Assembly (NCBI GenBank): GCA_020137815.1
Contig: CM035352.1
Span: 2,356,001 to 2,420,000, forward strand
Length of the DNA stretch: 64,000 nt
Direction of reading: 5' to 3'
DNA from: Hormiphora californensis
Taxonomy: Eukaryota > Animalia > Ctenophora
This document shows positions 56,133 through 64,000 of the stretch, piece after piece. The notes below the pieces were generated by a model. It saw only the letters and a program-made list of their open reading frames with translations, ran no database searches and had not been told where the DNA came from. Made by a program: the position numbers and the translations under genes. How positions within the stretch are numbered: the stretch's first letter is position 1; every line of letters begins with the position of its first letter.

Positions 56133-56543
56133 TAATGCTTTCCGTTTCCTGCGATGGAAATATCTCGGTGTTCCTTGTCAGCGCTGTAGAGTTAAACCCA
56201 TGCTGCGCGCGCTAAGCATTGCCTTTAGTATGTCATCGCGCGTAACACACAACTTATGGCGAGGAGCCTGGGATTTGATCCATATGATTTAGAAATTGGA
56301 CCAGAACTTCTGAACCTATCAACTGAAAGTTGACAACATGATGGTAATTGGTAATCAACAGTGTTCCTGCCCAACGATAGTTACTAAGAACAAGACTCGA
56401 CGGTTTGAAATGAAATAACTGAACTCTCTCACACACTGATTTCAATACATGCAACTCTTGTCTCTTATCTCTTGAGTCTTATCTCTCTGCACTGTCTTCA
56501 GGAGAAAGTCCTTACATCCTATAACATCAAATCAGCCTCCCTT

Positions 56544-59500
56544 CTAGAATCGTGACTCCTTGCTTTGTTGAGAGTTGTAAGACATCTTGAGGGGCCGATA
56601 CTGCACCACTTTCTCAGTTTCTGACATCACATATGAATCTCCTCGTTGCTTGCCTCCAGTACTCATACTCGGTCTTGCATCAGCTGGTCCTTGGAATCTG
56701 TAGGATTATGGATGATTAGAAATTAGAATAGGGTATTGGATGAAATGTGCTGAGGCATGCATAACATGTAGCGAAATTAAGCTGTCATCGTACGATATAA
56801 AAGCGCTATGTACCCAACAAGTAGCTCTCCCTCTTTGTAGCAGAATGCCAGAATAATATTCAGTGCTTTATTGATCGAACATAAAGGAGCTAAAAGGGAG
56901 ACTACCGAAATAGGCATATAAACATTAAGAATACCACTGTCAGACAGGGAGGCTGCATGGTACCTCAGAAGAAGTTACCTTCTTGTTTAACCACTGCTCG
57001 GTTTTGGGCGTTATAAGTCATACTGACACCCGACATAGACCGTCCTGAGGCCAGCCTATTAGCAGTGGTTTAGTTCGGGTCAGATCAATCAGTCTATTGG
57101 CATTATATTTTATAGGAGGAGGGGGGCTCTCGCTCACAGTTTTCTTTGACATGCTACATATTCTTGGTGTAACGCATCCGCACAGCCTGCATGTAGTGTT
57201 TTAGTCAGGTCATTGGTAGAGACCATAGTCCTAGTTCACACTCTCAAGTGCGAGCAAAAGAAAAACCCTCCAGCTTATGACTTATTTCTAGCGGTGCCAG
57301 ATCGGGTCGGCGCCGCCAGGCAGTCATACATGTCTAAAACTAGCTTACAGCACGGCAAGGATCTAGGCTGAATTTGTCACCACTGGGAGATGTGCGAGCT
57401 GGAGGGGCCATATCCCATTACATGGGTATTTACAAAACATAGTCGGGTTTTTTATGTTCGAGGCGAGGCAAGCAGTCGGTCACAAAACAATGTCACAAAA
57501 CACTGTCGTGCTTTCAAAACCCCCTATATCTCAGCAGTCTTACTCTGTCTCTCACTTCACTCGGGCTATAAACACACTATCAAAAGGAAATCAGTCAAAA
57601 GTCGGTTGTCTGTAATCGTCTCACGGCCTCCTTGCTCCTAGCCATTGAAGGAGTGTCCTCTAGTGGTCGGTACATGTGTACAGGGGGAGCAGAGTTCTGT
57701 CGCCCATTTGCCAAGAGCACAACCCTTGTAGATTGTTTAGTCGGGTATCGTTGTTTTGTCTGTGTCGTGTAACTGTTCAATCGTCTGACACCACCACACC
57801 TGTACAATGTCATGTGTCAAGTTGTTACACACGTGCTTCTAGCCCTAGATACGTGAAGGGTAATTCCTAATATGATATGGATAAAACACTCCTTATATGG
57901 ACATACCTCCACGGCATCATAATGTCTTTCCAGGGTTTAAGGCAGATTAGCAAACAGAACAGGTTTACCAGTAGGTCCAGGTCGTAAACGATAGTTTGGG
58001 AGCTCAGGGGTAGGTGGACTAGTTTCTTGAATAATAGCGAACTAGCAAAGGCCAGAATATCTGAAAACGGTTTCAATGTTGAATGTTCAAAATTATATTA
58101 TTTGAATTTTGATACATAGTTCGAGAAAATTAGTAAATCACTTACCGGTGCTCGCTGAAATAATGGTAACATTCCTGCACTTGGATATGTACCCCATAAC
58201 CACCTGAAATAAATGTGGGAGAGAGAGATAGAGGGATGGGCAGACTTGCAGTAGATGGGAAGAGCTGTAGTAGACATAGTAGTAGATAAGTAGACATAGT
58301 AGTAGTAGTGTTGTGCGCGGTGCGGTGTGCCCCTGATGAATCGTATGTTTCCCTCTTCGGGGCAGGTGCTGTTTGGTCACGGAAGAAAAGTCTAGAGCGC
58401 AATGGTCTGAAAATTCCACTCTTTTCTGTCTCTTCTCTGTATCGTTCTCTCCCTCTCTCTCTATGACTTTAATCTTAGCACATGTGTCAATGTTGCCAGG
58501 TGCATCAATGCCCCTGAGAATTACCCGAGACTTCAGTAGACAGGGCACAGTAAAATTTAGAGTTTAGTACCTACTACCTACATCATACGAATACTACTTG
58601 AATATGAAGACAGAAAAATTGTGTTTGTTTTGTGCACCCAAGGAGAGACGGTCGATCAAAGCTCCTTATATGGCATTGTTATTAAATCCTTATATGGAAA
58701 CATTACCTTCATGGTAGCGCTGATCTCGCCTGGATCTTCCTTACTACTCCGAATAATGGGATAGGTGAACAGGAATAGAAGGGATAACTGGTAAAACAGG
58801 AGAAATCCAACCGCTGAAAGTAAAAATGGTATGACTATGATCTTGTTCCAAGTATTTCCAACACGGAGCACCCAACTGATGTCATACTTAGTCCATGTCC
58901 CCTACACATTCCTTCCTACTATTGACAAATTAATAAACCCTACATCTCTCCCAACCCCTATTAAATCATATGATCCCTTGTCACACGCCCTTCCTTCTGT
59001 ACCTACTACACAAAATATAGATTACAACTTCTGCTTCCGATCCCAAAATGGGCCGCACTGAGACCGGGGTATTACCTAATCCGTAGAAGAATGTTGATGA
59101 TTTCTTGTGTTTTCCCGACCAACACGCCATGTCCTGTATCTCGTAGCTGTGTGTTGCAGACCAAGATGGGTGGACGAAGAAGATAATGAAGAACAGATAT
59201 CCAACGAAAAACATACCCAGAACAAACCAACTGTAAGAGTGGGAGGGAGGGTTAACACAGAACAAACCAACTGTAAGAGTGGGAGGGAGGGTTAGTACAG
59301 CTAGGGTGGCGTGGGAAAAATTGGGTGAACCTGCAGCTGCGGCTCCTTTTACATGTCGATTGAATTCACCGTTATTCTAGGGCCCTACAAGATTGGTAAT
59401 ATTCTACTAGTACATACCATTGCACGGATATCGAACACTCAATGATCTAAAGGAGTGATCATATGCATATATTTGATATGAATTGTTATAATGGGAACCC

Positions 59501-61304
59501 CCCGCTGAGTAGAGATCTGTGGCGGCTTGGGAGAAAAGATGAAAGAGAAAGAGAGAAATGGAAGCTACGATTCGAATTGTCTGTCAGCTGCTCATAACTG
59601 GATAAGCGGCTGTTTGGTAAAGAGTTGTTACTCAACAAGTAAATCTAGAAGGTGAAACATCTAGATATATGTTTACCTAAAGACAGTCAGTTTCTTGTTC
59701 CGTAGTGTTTTTAGCATAGAGTCACTGTAGAAAGCATGCTGTCTGATCCACAGAAATATGTAACCTGAAAACACAAAGTTATTTGGTGATATCTTGAAAC
59801 GAGATCTATTTCAGCAGATTTATATGCCGTGCAACTTGACAGTGATTGACTTGGTTGCATTTCCAGCAACTCAATGGAATTCTATGGAATTCCATGGAAT
59901 GCATGTGTGCCACTAATTGCCGATATAACAGCTGTAGTAGTAAGGCGAGCAGTACCCGACAAGGAACCTGTCTAAATTGGTATGTGTACAGTAATTGGGA
60001 AGCCGTATAGTATCAAAGCTAGTAAACCTACCTCTATATTATAGTAACTCAGTAGGAATAGTGCACTGTAAATAACTCTATTTTCCACCAATATCACCCA
60101 TCAATTTTACCTGGACAGAGGCTGGTAACGAATACAATATGATGGACTTGTCTCCACGTTTTGCAGGTATCAGGGCTGTCAGCCATGTTCAGCAGCCCCC
60201 ACTCGTTAATTGCCATCTCAGTCAGGGCAAAGGTAAAGGAGATGGTGACTGTACCGTACATTAGAAGACCCCGTTTTCTTCTGACTTGCTGTTCACCACG
60301 GTGCCTGAAATTGGGATTTGTTAACACACGTGTTACGTACGTCTCCATGGAGTCTTTCACTAGAGCGTGCTAACTGGGTGTGCTTTATTATGCCCGCCGA
60401 GCAGTTGGTTACGAAGTAACCCCTTGCCAGCGCACGCGAAGGTCGCCCGGCTATCAATGAGAGGGGTTTTGCCCACGTAGCGGGCAAGCCCCGTAGGGAT
60501 GTGAGGGGATCGCCCTACGGGCGCGCGATCATGAGGGGCGCGACGTGCCCAAAGAGGGGTTATTTCGTAACCAAGCCGAGAAGGCAGGTGTATGCGTGTC
60601 AGCGGCTATACTACCCAACACATCTGTCATCTTTCCTTCTCCTAAACTACCACTGCCATCTTGATATTCCTGGAACACATAACACCGGAAGAACCAAAAA
60701 TGCAACTTTCGTCAGCTTTCGTATGAACCAGTAGGGGTTCAGTGACAGGTGACTTCATCTTCTCTTCTTGGAAACAACTTCTATCAATGCTTCTCTCTCT
60801 ATATCTCTCTATATCTCAATCCCCCTCTATTACTACCTGACAAACTCCCACAGAGTGCAGTGTTGGACAAGTGTTGAAAAGTGTACTGAGAGCGGGAGAA
60901 GTGACGAGTGTGTATGTTAATGGAGGGAGATGGGAACTTAACTCCCTCTCTCCCAATTCTCACATGAGAAAGTTTTCAGCAACTACCAAAGTAGAAATGC
61001 CCTGGAAAATGATGTAATCTGGCCTTGATCCAGAATTACTACAATTTAAGAATAAACAAAACATTCTTAGTGTCATCTCAGTGACAGTTCAACTAAATCT
61101 CATTAATGATCTTGTGAGAATAGAGGACTATTGATGACTAATAGGACGACTATATGTGCTAACTGGTACTAACCTCCATATGTAGAGAAGTAATCCAAAG
61201 AGGAGGTAGGCAGTGATTGAAAAGTAGATAACCCAGACACTCTGGGATACTATCCAATCAACCCGCCGATAGGGAGAAGTGTAGTTGTTTAGGGTCTGGT
61301 TCAT
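56544..61304 (-). CDS. Orphan 7-TM (GPCR-like) protein, about 10 exons
   Basis: Phase-compatible exons give seven hydrophobic helices, a Cys before TM3 and one in loop 2, YIFLWIRQHAFY, QLSLLFLFTYP and YDLDLLVN; stop after ...KESRF. Confidence 0.7.
60405..60574. mobile_element. MITE family C; internal fragments also at about 5935-6005 (inverted) and 28590-28640
   Basis: TIR TTGGTTACGAAGTAACCCCT / AGGGGTTATTTCGTAACCAA; shared core ATGAGGGGCGCGACGTGCCCA. Confidence 0.75.
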
Positions 61305-64000
61305 TGCTATCAGGGAGAAATTACAGCATTTAAATTCCGTTAGTTTCAAACAACAAAACAGATTAACAGATCTGAGTTGATATGCTATACTCGTGACGGC
61401 TGTGAGGGACAGTATAGGCTGTCAAGAATTGAACACTGTCAGAGCGTGGGGTAACTGAATGCATGATAGAATTCAAAGTCAAAATGAGGACTAGGTATGT
61501 AAGATACTGAATGCATGTTCAATTCTTCACAATGTGAGCAACACCACATGATATATGGTACGCCAAAAGTTATCTGATATTCGCCATGATTGACGACAAT
61601 GAAAATTAAACAAAACGATGCTGTTTAAATGGAAAAAATGATGCGAAAGTTTTGACTATGCGATCGCACAAATCATTGAATTGATCTTACCAAGAGTGTA
61701 ATAAAGTTTAAAACACCCAACTCATCACACATAATATAACACGCATGCTATTAGCTATCATATGATGGTTATATGATAGCCTTTCAAATCTCGACGAGTT
61801 TCTAAAGCTTTTGGAGCTTCCGTGAAGCTATTGAGTTAGCTTCCTTTTGTCGCCAGATCTAGCATGTATGTTTTAACAACTGCAGATTGCAACTACATTA
61901 TGTGTGAATAGTGTTACTGAATGTTAGCTGATGTTTTGGGTGAGAGAAAATAGAATTTACACATGGATATATCACATGGCTGGACAATAATTGTTGACAC
62001 GGAAATACAACTACTCAAATTGAGAGAGCAGTGAAGGAGCAAATTACAACAGATAGATTGGTAGGAAGTAGACAACAAACACACACACTACTATCATGGT
62101 AAAAACAACAATCCTACTGCAATTACATCATGAGACAACAAGATTGGGTGTCAGTGTAATTTTACTAGTAGGTAACAGTCACCCTGTGTGATAGGAAGGT
62201 AGCAAAGAAAACTCTATCTGGTGCAGCTCAGTAAGTTTACACCCACCCTCCAATAATCAAATTGTAAACCCACTCTACCTACATACGTCATACCACACCG
62301 TATAGGATGTCATATATCAAGCTAAAACAAACAGGCAGCCATGTAGCTCGTCTCTCACTTCTTTGTCATAGCAACTATATAAAGGGAGAAAGGTCAAGAG
62401 TAAATGGCAAGCTCATAAAATAGGAAGAACAATGTGAATGCTGCATAAATGTTAAATACCCCAAAGCTTAGATCTATTATAGCTCATCTTATAATAAGAT
62501 GAGTGGTCGTAAAAAGAAAATGCTTCTATGTGCCAGTATTTCTGTGTGCCAAAATTAACAGCGTGTGATACACAATTAGATACAACGTGGTGTCAACGTT
62601 GTGGTTTTATATGGCTTCTTATGTCATAATAGTTCAAACACAAGAAACAAATAATTTCCGTGGAATTGATAGATTATAGGTCTATCTGATACTCCAGGGT
62701 TCGAGGTAGGCAGTCCAATAGAATATTACTATTAGCTATTATCGAGAACTGAAAAGAGAGTGTAAGCAAGTTAGCAAGCACATATGAAGTTAATTAAGGT
62801 TTCAATGGCTTTCTTGTTATCTTGTTATCATCTTCGTGTATAAACTACAGTCTACACAGATGTCAGTTCCTCACAGAGCCTCCCCTCCCTGGAAACTATC
62901 CGTATCCAGATTGAATTGTTGTTTAGTTTTGAGTATCCGAGTAGGTACCGGTGGTCAATCCGGAAATCTCGTCATCCATTTCCCCAGAAGTACCTTGAAC
63001 GATGGTAGGTCTTCCGCCATTCAGGATGAAAATCGAGCGTTGTTTCGTAGCTCCGACAGACGTTACACCTCGGCCTCAAGGTACACGATAAGTCTCCAGG
63101 GTGGACTTTTGCAACTACAAAACACTTGGCTGACTGCCATACAAGAAAGTGAGAGAATTGTAAATAGCTATAGAATCACATCTTTAGATCAAGTTACAGA
63201 GAGAATAGGGATTTCCTTAATCGAATGAAAGCAAATCTGATAACGACTCACGGTAACTGTTCTCAGCTCTGCTGCAAACTCTGGATATTTCATGATGCGA
63301 TTGTTTGCGGAGTAGATCTATCACGCGCAAATTTATTTTACTTTTACGCTGCTTATTAGCCTTGCCGCGCCGCGCGGAATCGCTAAATTTGATCTCCAAA
63401 AAAGTTGTGTGATCGCGAATTTCTGCGAATTTTTTCACTTCAATTTTGGTTTTTGAAAATCCGAAGCCAATGTGAAGTCGCTCAGCCTCAGAACTTTACC
63501 CAGGGTATTACAATGTTGCTCTGGTTCATAGCTGTGTCGGTTTTACAAGTTATGGTCCACGATAGACACTGTTAATCCCAGAACGGTCAACGGCCCGCAA
63601 AGGGACAATCTGCGGTCAAGTCACAATCACAAAACATTTTATATTCCGCTTTATAGTTTATAGCTTAACTACTAGAGAAGTACTTAAAATATAAGTCTTA
63701 CATTTCTGGGATTAAAAATGATCCAAACCCGCTTGGGGGAAAGCCGTGCGGCGTGCACTGCCCCTGGCACTGCCCCTGCGGTCAACTTCCCGAAACGAGA
63801 TGCTTTGGCCTTCGGTGCTTTGTGTTGGTGTTACCCTGATATATTACAGCTCAAAGATACATTCTGAATGTAACATTCATACTGGCTTCCAAAGAGTTGT
63901 TTAGACACTGTAAGACGGAAGATGTCTTAGAATGTGCTTTAGTTTCAACTTTGTTTTGGAAACGTTACTCAGCTTGGATTTATATTCAAAAATAAAAACT

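Noticed and set aside
60870-60884. 13-nt match (ACTTTTCAACACT, minus strand) to the SL
   Set aside because: Short, lies within a coding exon and lacks the SL 3' end; probably chance.
62836-63228. 130-aa ORF
   Set aside because: No recognisable motif or consistent splice structure on either strand.

Overview
This is intron-rich eukaryotic genomic DNA, most likely from a pleurobrachiid ctenophore. That assignment is an inference from a 42-nt match to the ctenophore spliced-leader (SL) sequence as I recall it, supported by nested intronic genes. Hand-spliced multi-exon genes: a CYP4-like cytochrome P450 with an unusually long multi-TM N-terminus (+), two tandem MFSD4-like MFS transporters (-), a frameshifted GST-fold gene (-), an MFI/C11orf65 homolog (-), an IQ-motif gene (-), RBBP4/7 (+) and an orphan 7TM gene (-). 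There is also an intronless PAP2 phosphatase (+). Four intronless ORFs sit inside introns of other genes. The main highlight is a full-length APE-RT LINE (42654-47290) that begins exactly with the SL exon and whose ORF1/ORF2 junction has a canonical -1 slippery site. A second highlight is recurrent tandem duplication of 3' splice sites together with exon starts, up to about 30 copies. MITEs, foldbacks and microsatellites are abundant. Two stretches (about 1.4-2.3 kb and 38.5-39.15 kb) look like sequencing garbage, so some frameshifts may be errors.
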